Source of the DNA: Bacteroidota bacterium
GTDB taxonomy: Bacteria; Bacteroidota; Bacteroidia; B-17B0; Aurantibacillaceae
DNA: 64,000 nt
NCBI GenBank assembly: GCA_030681615.1
Contig: JAUXSA010000138.1
Coordinates: 7,828 to 71,827, forward strand
Reading direction: 5' to 3'
The notes under the pieces were generated by a model. The model saw only the letters and a program-made list of their open reading frames with translations. It was not told the DNA's origin and searched no databases. A program made the position numbers and the translations under genes. Shown here in pieces: positions 43,458 through 54,932 of this stretch; position 1 is the first letter of the stretch, and each line of letters opens with the position of its first letter.

Positions 43458-44392
43458 GCTTTGGTTTTAATTAACGCTAAACAGTTTTCTTTATCTACTT
43501 TAAGTTGTTCTATCAGTTCGTTTAAATTATTAAATTTTTCCTCATCCCTGAGCCATTTTATAAAATTTAACGTTATGGTCGTATTATAAATGTCTTTTTC
43601 AAAATCAAAAATATTCACTTCTATTTTTAATTTATTGTCGGCATCAGTTGTAGGATTTAACCCTACATTAAGCATGCCAAAATATTTTTCACCTTCAACA
43701 ATTACTTCTACAAAATAAACCCCAATTTTTGGGATCAGTTTATCGTTGTCCTCTATCTGTAAATTAGCTGTAGGGAAACCAAGCTTACGCCCCAGCTGCT
43801 TGCCCTTAACCACTTTTGCCTTTATAAAAAAGGAGTGGCCTAAAAAATTAGTGGCCAGTTCAATATTCCCTTCTTCAATAGCCTTTCTAATATTGGTGCT
43901 GCTAACGGCAATGCTCTCAATATCTTTTTTACTTATTTCTTCTATCGTAAAATTATAGTGCTCGGCATGTTCTTTAAGTGTATTGATATCACCTTTGCGG
44001 TCTTTCCCAAACTTGTGGTCGTAGCCAATTACCAAATGTTTTACATTTAGTTGGCGCAGCAGGATCTCTTCCAGGTAATGTTTTACATCCAGTTGCGAAA
44101 AAGCCTTATTAAAAGGATAGACCACCACAACATCCACAGCGTATTTTTCAAAAAGATCCAGCTTCTCATCTATAAGCGTAATTATTTTAAGGTCTTTTTG
44201 TTCGGGGAATAAAACTTTGCGCGGATGCGGGTCAAATGTTAGAACCACGGTTTTTAGCCCCAGTTTCCCTTTTAGTTCTTTTAGGCGGGCAAGTATCTTT
44301 TGGTGCCCCAGGTGAACCCCGTCAAACGTTCCAATAGTAAGGATAGTAGGGGTTTCAATTCTAAAATGTTCGGTATTTTGTACAATTAACAC
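43454..44392 (-). CDS. ribF: bifunctional riboflavin kinase / FAD synthetase
   Basis: N-terminal GTFDGVHLGHQ nucleotidyltransferase motif, and C-terminal riboflavin kinase ..GFPTANL.. and ..EVNIFDF.. Confidence 0.9.
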   Translation of the reverse strand: MLIVQNTEHFRIETPTILTIGTFDGVHLGHQKILARLKELKGKLGLKTVVLTFDPHPRKVLFPEQKDLKIITLIDEKLDLFEKYAVDVVVVYPFNKAFSQLDVKHYLEEILLRQLNVKHLVIGYDHKFGKDRKGDINTLKEHAEHYNFTIEEISKKDIESIAVSSTNIRKAIEEGNIELATNFLGHSFFIKAKVVKGKQLGRKLGFPTANLQIEDNDKLIPKIGVYFVEVIVEGEKYFGMLNVGLNPTTDADNKLKIEVNIFDFEKDIYNTTITLNFIKWLRDEEKFNNLNELIEQLKVDKENCLALIKTKA

Positions 44393-44554
44393 AGGGCAAA
44401 AATAGTTTAATTTATTTTAAATATTTTTTTGGCTTTTTAAACGATAAATGGCTGTTTAAAAACGACCAATTTTTTTATGAAGTTAATCTTAGTTTGTTGT
44501 TAAAAAAACTCTGATAGATAATGCTTTTTTGTTTAAATATTATGATTTTAGTAG

Positions 44555-46096
<1,542 letters not shown>

Positions 46097-46130
46097 GTTA
46101 GATCTAAATTCTTAAATCTTAAATAAAAAG

Positions 46131-46367
46131 ATGAAAATAGAAATTATAACACCTGATAAAAAATTGTACGAAGGTACTATCAAGTCGGCGGTTTTTCCGG
46201 GTTCTGAAGGTAGTTTTGGGGTTTTAAATAACCATGCCCCTTTAATTGGCACTTTAAAAGCCGGTAAAATTGAACTCATAGATGACACTAATACCAAAAT
46301 TGATTTTGAAATTAATGGTGGTGTTGTTGAGGTGTTAAAGAACAAAGTAATTGTTTTGGCCGGATAG
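46131..46367 (+). CDS. atpC: F0F1 ATP synthase subunit epsilon (short form)
   Basis: The position after atpD and the N-terminal beta-sandwich pattern (..ITPDKKLYEG...HAPLIG..). Confidence 0.85.
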   Translation: MKIEIITPDKKLYEGTIKSAVFPGSEGSFGVLNNHAPLIGTLKAGKIELIDDTNTKIDFEINGGVVEVLKNKVIVLAG

Positions 46368-46393
46368 TATTATCGTAACAAAATACATTAAAA

Positions 46394-46424
46394 AGCGAAG
46401 GGATCATCTCTTCGCTTTTTTTTT
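46394..46424 (+). terminator. rho-independent terminator of atpDC
   Basis: Stem agcgaag / cttcgct followed by T9. Confidence 0.75.
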
Positions 46425-46501
46425 GATCAGATCTTAAGCGGTTGCCATTTTTTTCTTAACATCATATTCAGATCCATTTGCTAAATTTACAATACTAAAT
46501 A

Positions 46502-47557
46502 TTGGAAGAACAAAAAAAAATATCGGGAAGTATCTTTAAACTGGGTTTAATAAATGCTTTGATCTGTTTAATTGGATTTTTGTGTTTGTTTTATTTCGGC
46601 AATTTTAAAATAGATGTTGCCTACCTTTTACTCTCTACTTTTATTTGTTTCATCACTGGTTTTTTGGTCCTTTATTATTTTTATTATATCTCCGTTACCA
46701 AAAAAATAAACCTGCTTTCTGAAAAGATCCGTAAAAAATTTCTCAACAAAGAGATCCCTCAAAAGCAGGATCAGCTTGAGGAAGAGGATGGTCTCTTAAA
46801 GCTCGAAGAAAAAGTAGATGACCTTATTGAGTCGCGCGAAAAAGAATTAAAACATTTCGAGAACCTGGATAGTTACCGGAAAGAATATTTAGGCAACGTA
46901 TCACACGAATTAAAAACCCCGGTATTTAATATTCAGGGTTATGTGGATACGCTTTTGAATGGTGGGCTCGAAGATTCAACCATCAATCTGGATTATTTAA
47001 AACGTGCCGAAAAAAGTATAGATCGTTTAATAAATATTATTGATGATCTTGAGACCATTACGCAATTAGAAAGCGGCGAGCTGCAACTGGATATGGATAA
47101 TTTTGACATCGCCACTTTAATAAAAGATGTTTACGCCTCACTCGAATTAAACGCGGCACGCAAAAACATAAAATTAGAGCTTGCGAAAAAATACGAAAAA
47201 CCCATTTATGTAAAAGCAGATAAATTCCGTATCCGCCAGGTATTGGTAAATCTTATCACCAACAGTATTAAATATGGCAAAGAGAATGGCAGTACCGAAA
47301 TTGCTTTGAATTACCTTAACGATGATGTTATTATTGAGATACAGGATAACGGTATGGGTATTGAAACAGTGCACTTGCCAAGGTTATTTGAACGTTTTTA
47401 CAGGATAGATAAAGGCCGTAGTCGCGAGCAAGGCGGAACAGGTTTAGGATTGGCTATTGTTAAACATATTATTGAAGCCCACCAAAAGTCTATAAAAGTG
47501 GAAAGCGAAGTAGGTAAGGGTACTTTATTTACTTTTTCCCTATCAGCGGGACAATAA
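46502..47557 (+). CDS. sensor histidine kinase (2 TM, HisKA plus HATPase_c), no cognate regulator adjacent
   Basis: H-box SHELKTP, N-box ..LVNLITNSIKY.., G-boxes ..DNGMGI.. and GGTGLGLAIVK. TTG start in the track. Confidence 0.8.
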   Translation: MEEQKKISGSIFKLGLINALICLIGFLCLFYFGNFKIDVAYLLLSTFICFITGFLVLYYFYYISVTKKINLLSEKIRKKFLNKEIPQKQDQLEEEDGLLKLEEKVDDLIESREKELKHFENLDSYRKEYLGNVSHELKTPVFNIQGYVDTLLNGGLEDSTINLDYLKRAEKSIDRLINIIDDLETITQLESGELQLDMDNFDIATLIKDVYASLELNAARKNIKLELAKKYEKPIYVKADKFRIRQVLVNLITNSIKYGKENGSTEIALNYLNDDVIIEIQDNGMGIETVHLPRLFERFYRIDKGRSREQGGTGLGLAIVKHIIEAHQKSIKVESEVGKGTLFTFSLSAGQ

Positions 47558-47639
47558 GATTTTTACACAAATTTTACCGTTTGTCAAGTTTTACTTTCAT
47601 CCCTTCTTTTTTTTAATTTATTTTAGAAAAAAGATTTTT

Positions 47640-48953
47640 ATGAGATTAAAATTATCCGTTGCATTAATTTGTTTAATTCAAATTTTAAATGCGCAGCAAT
47701 TTAGTGAGCCCTGTGCAACTATGCCGGTTTATAATAACCATTTGCAAAACGCGGCAGTAAAACAAAATTATGCTATGGCTGAGCAAAATGCCCGACAATG
47801 GCTTAAAAATAATAACACACAGTTATTAAAAAAGCAGAATACAATTATTAAGATCCCGGTTGTGGTGCATGTTGTATATAAGAATGCAACTCAAAACGTT
47901 CCCGACTCTATGATTTTTTCGCAAATAAATGTATTGAACGAATGTTTTCGTAAGCAAAATCCAAATTACAATACAACCCGCCCTGTTTTTGATAGTTTAG
48001 GGGCAGATACGGAAATAGAATTTTGTCTTGCAAATACCGATCCGCAGGGCAATCCAACAACAGGTATTGTTAGAACGGCCGCTCCATCCAATGCACAATT
48101 CGATCCATTGTTTGGTTTCGATAATTCTAAAAAGCCAAGTAAAGGTGGCGATACAGCCTGGGCAGCCAGCAGCTATTTTAATATCTGGCTGGTAGATATG
48201 AGTATCTTTAATCAAACAGTTGTATTAGGTTACGCTACTTTTCCGGGCAGCGATCCGGCTTTAGATGGCGTGGTGATACAATATAATTATTTTGGAAAAT
48301 ACTCAAAACCAAATTTCCTTGGCCGCACCACTGTGCATGAAGCCGGCCACTGGCTTGGTATGCGTCATATTTGGGCCGATGATGATAATGGCCAGAACCC
48401 TCAAACGGTTTATTGCGATAGCACAGATTTTGTAGACGATACACCAAATGCGGGACCAAAATCGTCTTCTAACTGCGACTTAGCAAAAAATACCTGCAGT
48501 CTTGAAGCAGCATTTTGGGGAGCTACAGATGCCCCGGATATGGTTGAGAATTATATGGATTATAGCAGCGACGCCTGCATGACACTTTTTACAAAAGGCC
48601 AAAAGGCAAGAATGTACTCTTTCTTAAATTCTGATCCCAATCGTATGGCAATAAAAACAAGCACCGCCAGTTGTAATACGATCATGTCGGTTAACACGGT
48701 TCAAAATTTCAACGACCTTATTGTTTTAAGTCCAAATCCGGCAAACTCACAAATAGATATTAAAATAAAAGGTTTTGGTGAGAGTGATTTTGGCCTGGTA
48801 TTATACGATATAAGCGGTAAAGTTGTATTAATGCAAAATGTTAATTACCTAACTGCTTCTATCCCTTTGCAGGATCTTGCGAATGGTCTTTATTTTGTAA
48901 AGATCTCTAATAATCATAACTCTTGTGTTAAAAAGGTATTAGTGCAGCATTAA
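47640..48953 (+). CDS. M43 (pappalysin/cytophagalysin-like) zinc metalloprotease with a T9SS C-terminal sorting domain
   Basis: HEAGHWLGMRH zincin motif, signal peptide, C-terminal ..LSPNPANSQIDIKI...GLYFVKI...KVLVQH. Confidence 0.75.
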   Translation: MRLKLSVALICLIQILNAQQFSEPCATMPVYNNHLQNAAVKQNYAMAEQNARQWLKNNNTQLLKKQNTIIKIPVVVHVVYKNATQNVPDSMIFSQINVLNECFRKQNPNYNTTRPVFDSLGADTEIEFCLANTDPQGNPTTGIVRTAAPSNAQFDPLFGFDNSKKPSKGGDTAWAASSYFNIWLVDMSIFNQTVVLGYATFPGSDPALDGVVIQYNYFGKYSKPNFLGRTTVHEAGHWLGMRHIWADDDNGQNPQTVYCDSTDFVDDTPNAGPKSSSNCDLAKNTCSLEAAFWGATDAPDMVENYMDYSSDACMTLFTKGQKARMYSFLNSDPNRMAIKTSTASCNTIMSVNTVQNFNDLIVLSPNPANSQIDIKIKGFGESDFGLVLYDISGKVVLMQNVNYLTASIPLQDLANGLYFVKISNNHNSCVKKVLVQH

Positions 48954-49052
48954 ACATAAAAAGCTAAAAAAAACTCACAAATTGTTGAAAATTTGAGCTG
49001 ATTTATTGCTAAACTTGCCTATTATTAGTAAAATTGCAAAAACTATTATACA

Positions 49053-49397
49053 ATGGCTGAAATTCATATCACCGGAATCAATTATATAGAAATTAACTCT
49101 CAGGAAGGGTTGGAATTTAAATACAAACCAGAAGTTCCAAAATTAAAATTGGTAGGCACTTTATTGAATGCCGAAAGCGAAGATGAGGAAGATGGTGTTT
49201 TATTTTTAACTCAAAAACAACTTAACCAGGTGCTTACTAATAAAGATGTAGATCTTAAATTGGTAGACGACCGTTGGACCTTAAGCAAGCCGCTTACAAA
49301 AGAGCAGGTAAAAAAAGTAGGCCTTGTAGATGTTGATGCTGAATATTTAGGCGCAGCAGGCGAATTTAAGTGTTACGAAGCTGTTAAGGTTTCTTAA
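49053..49397 (+). CDS. hypothetical protein
   Basis: ORF only. Acidic, with no motif recognised. Confidence 0.4.
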   Translation: MAEIHITGINYIEINSQEGLEFKYKPEVPKLKLVGTLLNAESEDEEDGVLFLTQKQLNQVLTNKDVDLKLVDDRWTLSKPLTKEQVKKVGLVDVDAEYLGAAGEFKCYEAVKVS

Positions 49398-49405
49398 TTA
49401 CTAAA

Positions 49406-50077
49406 TTACCAAACAGCAGGCCCTTTCTTTTTAGTGAATTTTGAATTAGGAAATAATTCATAATACAACTGATCGAACCAAACTAAAATTTTTAAACTAT
49501 AGGTAGGCGAATTTAATTTTTCGCCTATTTTTTTGCTGTTAACTAAAGTAAAACGGTAGGCCACATCGGCGCCAAGGCCAAACCACCTAAAGACTTTAAA
49601 CTGCGCAGTAATACCGGGTTCGTAAAGTATAAAAAAGTATTTTTTTTCTCTTTCACGCGCTAAATAACGTTTATCGTTCTTCCACCAGGTAAAGCCAGTG
49701 CCTGCTTGTATAGGCACACTTAACTGCCAGCGTTTTGTTTTATGAAAAACAAAATCTACATAATAGGCAAGATAAGCCATCTTTAAGAACTTGGTAATTG
49801 TATCTGTCTTTCCTAATTCATTTTCTGAGTAAAAATCTTTTTTAAAATCCGATTTCAGCCAGCTAACTCCACCGCCAATTCTTAGTTTTCTTTGAAAGGC
49901 AACACCCAGTCTTACACCCGTTACACTGATTATCTGGTTATCAATAAAACTGTTTCTCGATTCTAATCGTGCATCTATACTGGATTTATGATTGAAGATA
50001 TCATGCAATGAGTCTAGGAACTGTGCATTGCTTACTGCATAATAAAGAAACAAAAGTATAAAAGCGGTCTTTCTCAT
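49406..50077 (-). CDS. hypothetical secreted/outer-membrane beta-barrel-like protein
   Basis: Signal peptide. ..ESRNSF.. motif and overall pattern shared with 3548-4258. Confidence 0.5.
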   Translation of the reverse strand: MRKTAFILLFLYYAVSNAQFLDSLHDIFNHKSSIDARLESRNSFIDNQIISVTGVRLGVAFQRKLRIGGGVSWLKSDFKKDFYSENELGKTDTITKFLKMAYLAYYVDFVFHKTKRWQLSVPIQAGTGFTWWKNDKRYLAREREKKYFFILYEPGITAQFKVFRWFGLGADVAYRFTLVNSKKIGEKLNSPTYSLKILVWFDQLYYELFPNSKFTKKKGPAVW

Positions 50078-50171
50078 CCCTCTAACAAATTTACGTGTAT
50101 AACTCTTTTTAATACTATTGGTTTTTCAATTGTTTCAACAAAGTACTTGTAGTAATTTAGTTGGATTTAAA

Positions 50172-52268
50172 ATGTTAGACACACCTATAGTATATTTAAA
50201 AGGTATTGGTCCTCAGCGTGCAGAGGTGTTAAAAAAAGAACTTAACATTTTTACTTATCGTGATCTCCTAACGTATTATCCTTTCAGGTATGTTGACAGG
50301 ACAAAATTCTCCACCATAAAAGACATCCACGACGAAACACAATACGTTCAGATAAAAGGAATAATTGACAGTCTCGAAATTGTTGGGTTGAAGCAGGCAA
50401 AACGTTTGGTAGTGCAGTTCAGGGATAATACGGGAATTATTGACCTTGTTTTTTTTAAAGGTTATAATTGGATGGCCCAAAAATTACTGGTGGGCAAAGA
50501 GTATGTTGTGTTTGGAAAACCAACCGCCTTTAACCGCAAATTTAATTTGGCGCATCCGGATATTGATCTGGTGACCGACGATCTTTTAAGTCAGCAATCG
50601 GCTTTCCAGGCAGTATATAATTCTACCGAAAAATTAAAGGTAAAAGGTTTGGATAGTGAAGGTATTCGCAAGACCATACGCGGCCTTGTAAACCAATTGC
50701 AACCGCAACATCTTGAAGAGACATTAAGTGATGAAGTAAAAGCCGATCATAAATTAATAGACAGGTACAGCGCCTTTAAATACATTCATTGTCCTGATAA
50801 TGCGCAACAATTAAAAGATGCAGAGCTGCGTTTAAAATTTGACGAACTATTTTATATTCAATTACGTTTATTAAAATTAAATAAAGTGCGGGCCATAACG
50901 GTTCGCGGCTTTGTATTCTCAAAAGTTGGCGAACATTTTAATGATTTTTTTACTAATTATTTACCTTTCGAATTAACCAACGCACAAAAAAGGGTATTAA
51001 AAGAGATTCGCCTGGATGTAGGAAGCGGCAGGCAAATGAACCGTTTGCTGCAGGGTGATGTAGGCAGTGGCAAAACAATGGTAGCTTTAATGAGTATGTT
51101 GCTGGCCATTGACAATGGTTTTCAAACCTGCATTATGGCGCCTACCGAAATTTTAGCGCAACAACATTTGGTTACTTTTAAAGAGTTGTTAAAGTCAATG
51201 AATATTGAAGTAGCGCTTCTTACAGGTTCTACAAAAGCAAAAGAGCGAAAATTAATTCATGCGAAATTATTAAGCGGCGACATAAAAATTTTAATTGGCA
51301 CACATGCGTTGATCGAAGATATAGTTCAATTTAATAATTTAGGTTTTGTTGTTATTGATGAGCAACATCGTTTTGGTGTAGCGCAACGCGCAAAACTACG
51401 TGCCAAAAATAATGTACCACCACACATGTTAATTATGACAGCCACGCCCATACCGCGCACGCTGGCCATGACGCTGTATGGCGATCTTGACACAAGCTTG
51501 ATTGACGAATTGCCGGCAGGCAGAAAACCAATTAAAACATTACACTTTATGGAGAATCACCGCTTACGGGTGTATGGTTTTATGCGCGAGCAAATTGAAA
51601 TAGGCAGGCAGGTGTACGTTGTTTTTCCATTAATAAAAGAAAGCGAAAAAATGGATTATCAAAACCTGCAACAGGGTTGCGATAATATAGTTCACGAATT
51701 TCCGCCGCCGAAATACCAGGTAAGTATTGTGCATGGTAAATTAACAGCTGATCAAAAAGAATTTGAGATGCAGCGTTTTGTAAAAGGCGAAACGCAAATA
51801 ATGGTTGCAACCACAGTAATTGAAGTAGGCGTTAATGTACCTAACGCAAGCGTGATGGTAATTGAAAGCGCTGAGCGTTTTGGTTTGTCGCAATTGCATC
51901 AGTTACGTGGCAGGGTAGGGCGTGGCGCCGATCAAAGTTATTGTTTGCTGTTGACAGGTTATAAATTGGGCGCAGACAGCCGATTGAGAATGGAAACGAT
52001 GGTGCGTACTACAGATGGTTTTGAGATAAGTGAAGTGGATCTTAAATTACGCGGCCCGGGAGATATTGAAGGCACGCAACAAAGCGGCGTTATGGATCTT
52101 AAATTGGCTAATCTCGCATTGGATGGACATATTTTGCAATTAGCAAGGCAAGCGGCACAATCTGTTTTAGATGAAGATGTAAATTTTGATCTCGAAAAAA
52201 ACAAAGTGTACGAAAAGCAATTGGCTTTTCAACAACAGAACAGGCCTAACTGGAGTAAGATAGGGTAG
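50172..52268 (+). CDS. recG: ATP-dependent DNA helicase RecG
   Basis: Wedge/OB N-terminus, Walker A GDVGSGKT, DEQHRFG, and the motif VI region ..QLRGRVGRG.. Start chosen at MLDTPI. Confidence 0.9.
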   Translation: MLDTPIVYLKGIGPQRAEVLKKELNIFTYRDLLTYYPFRYVDRTKFSTIKDIHDETQYVQIKGIIDSLEIVGLKQAKRLVVQFRDNTGIIDLVFFKGYNWMAQKLLVGKEYVVFGKPTAFNRKFNLAHPDIDLVTDDLLSQQSAFQAVYNSTEKLKVKGLDSEGIRKTIRGLVNQLQPQHLEETLSDEVKADHKLIDRYSAFKYIHCPDNAQQLKDAELRLKFDELFYIQLRLLKLNKVRAITVRGFVFSKVGEHFNDFFTNYLPFELTNAQKRVLKEIRLDVGSGRQMNRLLQGDVGSGKTMVALMSMLLAIDNGFQTCIMAPTEILAQQHLVTFKELLKSMNIEVALLTGSTKAKERKLIHAKLLSGDIKILIGTHALIEDIVQFNNLGFVVIDEQHRFGVAQRAKLRAKNNVPPHMLIMTATPIPRTLAMTLYGDLDTSLIDELPAGRKPIKTLHFMENHRLRVYGFMREQIEIGRQVYVVFPLIKESEKMDYQNLQQGCDNIVHEFPPPKYQVSIVHGKLTADQKEFEMQRFVKGETQIMVATTVIEVGVNVPNASVMVIESAERFGLSQLHQLRGRVGRGADQSYCLLLTGYKLGADSRLRMETMVRTTDGFEISEVDLKLRGPGDIEGTQQSGVMDLKLANLALDGHILQLARQAAQSVLDEDVNFDLEKNKVYEKQLAFQQQNRPNWSKIG

Positions 52269-52322
52269 AATTAAATTAAAAGTTGTATTTCTATTATAAA
52301 TAATTAGCTTTATTGCCAAATT

Positions 52323-52721
52323 ATGAACCCAGAGACCTTTGAAGAAAAAGTTATTGAAAATGATGTAGCAATTGTTCGTTCCAGAAAGGATGGAATTGTA
52401 CATGTGACATTTAAAGAAGGAACTGAAATTGATGCTGATTTACAAGACAGAATGATAGAAGTTTATCTTGAAATTTGTGGGGGTAGAAAGAGGCCATTTT
52501 TATATACGGGTATCGGCGATGTTACTATTACTAAAGAAGGTCGCGAACATTCTAGAAACCTTGAGGATGTTTTTCCTACTACTGCAACCGCTGTAATTGC
52601 CGATAATCTTGCTTATAAATTAATAGCGAATTTTTATTTAAAGGTAAATAAACCAAAAACACCTTATAAAGTATTTAAAGATTTTCCTTCGGCAGAATCC
52701 TGGTTAAAAAAGTTTATTTAG
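52323..52721 (+). CDS. hypothetical protein (possibly STAS/SpoIIAA-like fold)
   Basis: ORF only. The fold guess is weak. Confidence 0.45.
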   Translation: MNPETFEEKVIENDVAIVRSRKDGIVHVTFKEGTEIDADLQDRMIEVYLEICGGRKRPFLYTGIGDVTITKEGREHSRNLEDVFPTTATAVIADNLAYKLIANFYLKVNKPKTPYKVFKDFPSAESWLKKFI

Positions 52722-52765
52722 TGTCATCAGTGTGCCTTTTATCACCTTACAAAAGAAAACATCAA

Positions 52766-52804
52766 TAAAAAACCCTGCAAACATTTTGTTTACAGGGTTT
52801 TTAT
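52766..52804. terminator. bidirectional terminator between convergent genes
   Basis: Stem ccctgcaaac / gtttacaggg (one mismatch) flanked by A6 and T5. Confidence 0.7.
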
Positions 52805-52831
52805 ATAATTTAATTAATTGTTGTTTTATGT

Positions 52832-54349
52832 TTAGTATGAAGTTTTAAGTTCAACCCTTCTGTTCTTGGCTTTACCTTTAGCAGTTTTGTTATCACCAAC
52901 TGGTTTTGTTTCACCATAACCGATAGCATTTAAGCGGGATGAAGCAATACCTTTTGACTCTAAATAACTTTTAACCGTGTTAGTTCTTCTTTGAGAAAGG
53001 TCCATGTTATAAGCATCTTCACCAACATTGTCAGTATGACCTTCAACTGTTAAATTAACACCTTCGTAACGATTTAAGATCGCTGCAAGATCATCTAATT
53101 GTGAGTTTGAGATCAGTTTTAATTTGTCGCTACCAGTTTCAAAATAAATTTTGCTGGCAATAACGTTGATCTTAACAATATCTTCTTTTGCAATTTCAGG
53201 ACAACCTTTGTTTGCGATAGTACCTTTAGTAGAAGGACAATGATCTTCGTTATCAGAAACCCCATCACCGTCCGAATCAGGACAACCTTTGAAAGCTAAG
53301 ATACCAGCTTTATCCGGACAAGCATCTTCTTCGTTAACTAAACCATCTTTATCATTATCTAAAGTACAACCAGTTGCATCAACTTTGTATCCGGCTTTTG
53401 TTCCAGCACATTTGTCATCCATATCAACTACACCATCTTTATCAGTATCAGGACAACCTTTATATTTAGCTTCGCCAAATACATCCGGACAACGATCTTC
53501 AGTATCAGTAATACCATCAAGATCTTTATCAGGACAACCATTTAAAGAAGCAATACCTGAGATATCAGCACACTTATCTAAATAATCAGCTACACCATCA
53601 CCATCACGATCTAACGGACAACCAACAGCATCAACAGCAACACCTGCTGGAGTATTTCCACACTTATCTTTTTTATCAGATACACCATCATTATCAGCAT
53701 CTTTCTTTTTACCTAAGTTAAAAGTTAAACCTGCCTTGTGATATAAATAACCATCATTAGCGTTAAGTCCTGTAGTAGCATCATAACCGCCTTGCTCATT
53801 ATCAATATCGTCATAAGTAGTGTACATAAATGATTCTTCGATCTGGAAATTCACTACGCTGTTTAAACGGAAGTTAATACCAAAACCTCCTGAAGGAAGT
53901 GAAAAATCAAAACGTTCTCCTTTATCTTTAAGAGAATAAATACCTTCGTGAAAAATAACTCCCGCGCCTAAAAATAAATATGGACGTACTGCATATTTAG
54001 GATCAAGTAAATTAAAACGTAACAACATTTCAGCTGTATTTAAACGAATGCGAAAATGATTAAGTCCTTCTGGTTCTGTTGCCCATGCAGCGCGTGGTTC
54101 AAAATTTCCTATTTCGCCTCTTGTAAAAGCAGCAGAAAGATCAAAATGTTTGCTTAAGTAGGTTGAAACGGAAATCCCTGCAAAGGCATAAGTAGATCGC
54201 TGATCGACACTATAGAAGTTCATGCCTCGGTCGCCATTATACTGTATAATTCCGCCGTGAACACCAACGTTCCACTTTTTTTCTTCTGTTTGTGAGTATG
54301 TTGTAAATGCAGTTAAACAACACGCAAATAATAGTAATAATTTTTTCAT
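52832..54349 (-). CDS. OmpA-family outer membrane protein with thrombospondin type 3 (TSP3) calcium-binding repeats
   Basis: N-terminal beta-barrel, at least six D-x-D-x-DG-V-x-D repeats, and a C-terminal OmpA domain (..GHTDNVG...NMDLSQRRTNTV...NRRVEL). Confidence 0.85.
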   Translation of the reverse strand: MKKLLLLFACCLTAFTTYSQTEEKKWNVGVHGGIIQYNGDRGMNFYSVDQRSTYAFAGISVSTYLSKHFDLSAAFTRGEIGNFEPRAAWATEPEGLNHFRIRLNTAEMLLRFNLLDPKYAVRPYLFLGAGVIFHEGIYSLKDKGERFDFSLPSGGFGINFRLNSVVNFQIEESFMYTTYDDIDNEQGGYDATTGLNANDGYLYHKAGLTFNLGKKKDADNDGVSDKKDKCGNTPAGVAVDAVGCPLDRDGDGVADYLDKCADISGIASLNGCPDKDLDGITDTEDRCPDVFGEAKYKGCPDTDKDGVVDMDDKCAGTKAGYKVDATGCTLDNDKDGLVNEEDACPDKAGILAFKGCPDSDGDGVSDNEDHCPSTKGTIANKGCPEIAKEDIVKINVIASKIYFETGSDKLKLISNSQLDDLAAILNRYEGVNLTVEGHTDNVGEDAYNMDLSQRRTNTVKSYLESKGIASSRLNAIGYGETKPVGDNKTAKGKAKNRRVELKTSY

Positions 54350-54658
54350 TGGATCTTTTTTTAGTTTATTTTTTTAATGAATGCTTTCATATAATTATGC
54401 CGACTAAAAAATTTACATGGGTGTGATTTCCCCAATCCATTAGTATCATAGGTCTCCAGCCATCCCATCTGTTAAAGTGCGATCAGAGTGTGCGTATTTT
54501 CGTTCATTGCTTGCCTCAAACTGAGGAAGTTAATACATGGCTGTAGCAAAAAAAATGATCCTGTGAAATCCCATAAATACAATATGTCCTATAAGTTCTA
54601 CACTAATTTTTAGTGTGTAACAAAAAAATTATCTTTTTAAATATTAAAATTAAAGATC

Positions 54659-54868
54659 ATGGATGTAAAAGACAGCAACGGCACCATTCTTAATAATGGC
54701 GATTCGGTTCACTTAATAAAGGACCTAAAAGTAAAAGGTTCCTCATTAGTTTTAAAAAGAGGGAAGGTGATAAAAAATATTAAACTAACCGATAATGAAG
54801 ATGAGGTGGATTGTAGGGTAGATAGAAGTAGCATTGTTTTGAGAACTGAGTTTTTTAAGAAAAGGTAA
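54659..54868 (+). CDS. PhnA/YjdM C-terminal-domain-only protein
   Basis: ..DSNGTILNNGDSVHLIKDLKVKGSS..LKRG..IKNI.L....E...C... is characteristic of the PhnA C-terminal domain. Confidence 0.7.
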   Translation: MDVKDSNGTILNNGDSVHLIKDLKVKGSSLVLKRGKVIKNIKLTDNEDEVDCRVDRSSIVLRTEFFKKR

Positions 54869-54932
54869 TTAGAAAGGGAAAATGTAAGAGGTAAAAAGAA
54901 AAATGTATTCCCTTTTCCTTTTTACAAAAATT

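Noticed and set aside
44396-44403. A TAttTTTG box upstream of ribF.
   Set aside because: It lies only 4 nt from the annotated start codon, too close to serve as its promoter unless the true start is further downstream, so it is not reported as a feature.
53289-53585. 98 aa plus-strand ORF.
   Set aside because: It is antisense to the TSP3 repeat region of the OmpA-family gene. The repetitive Ser/Leu/Pro translation is an artefact of the repeats.
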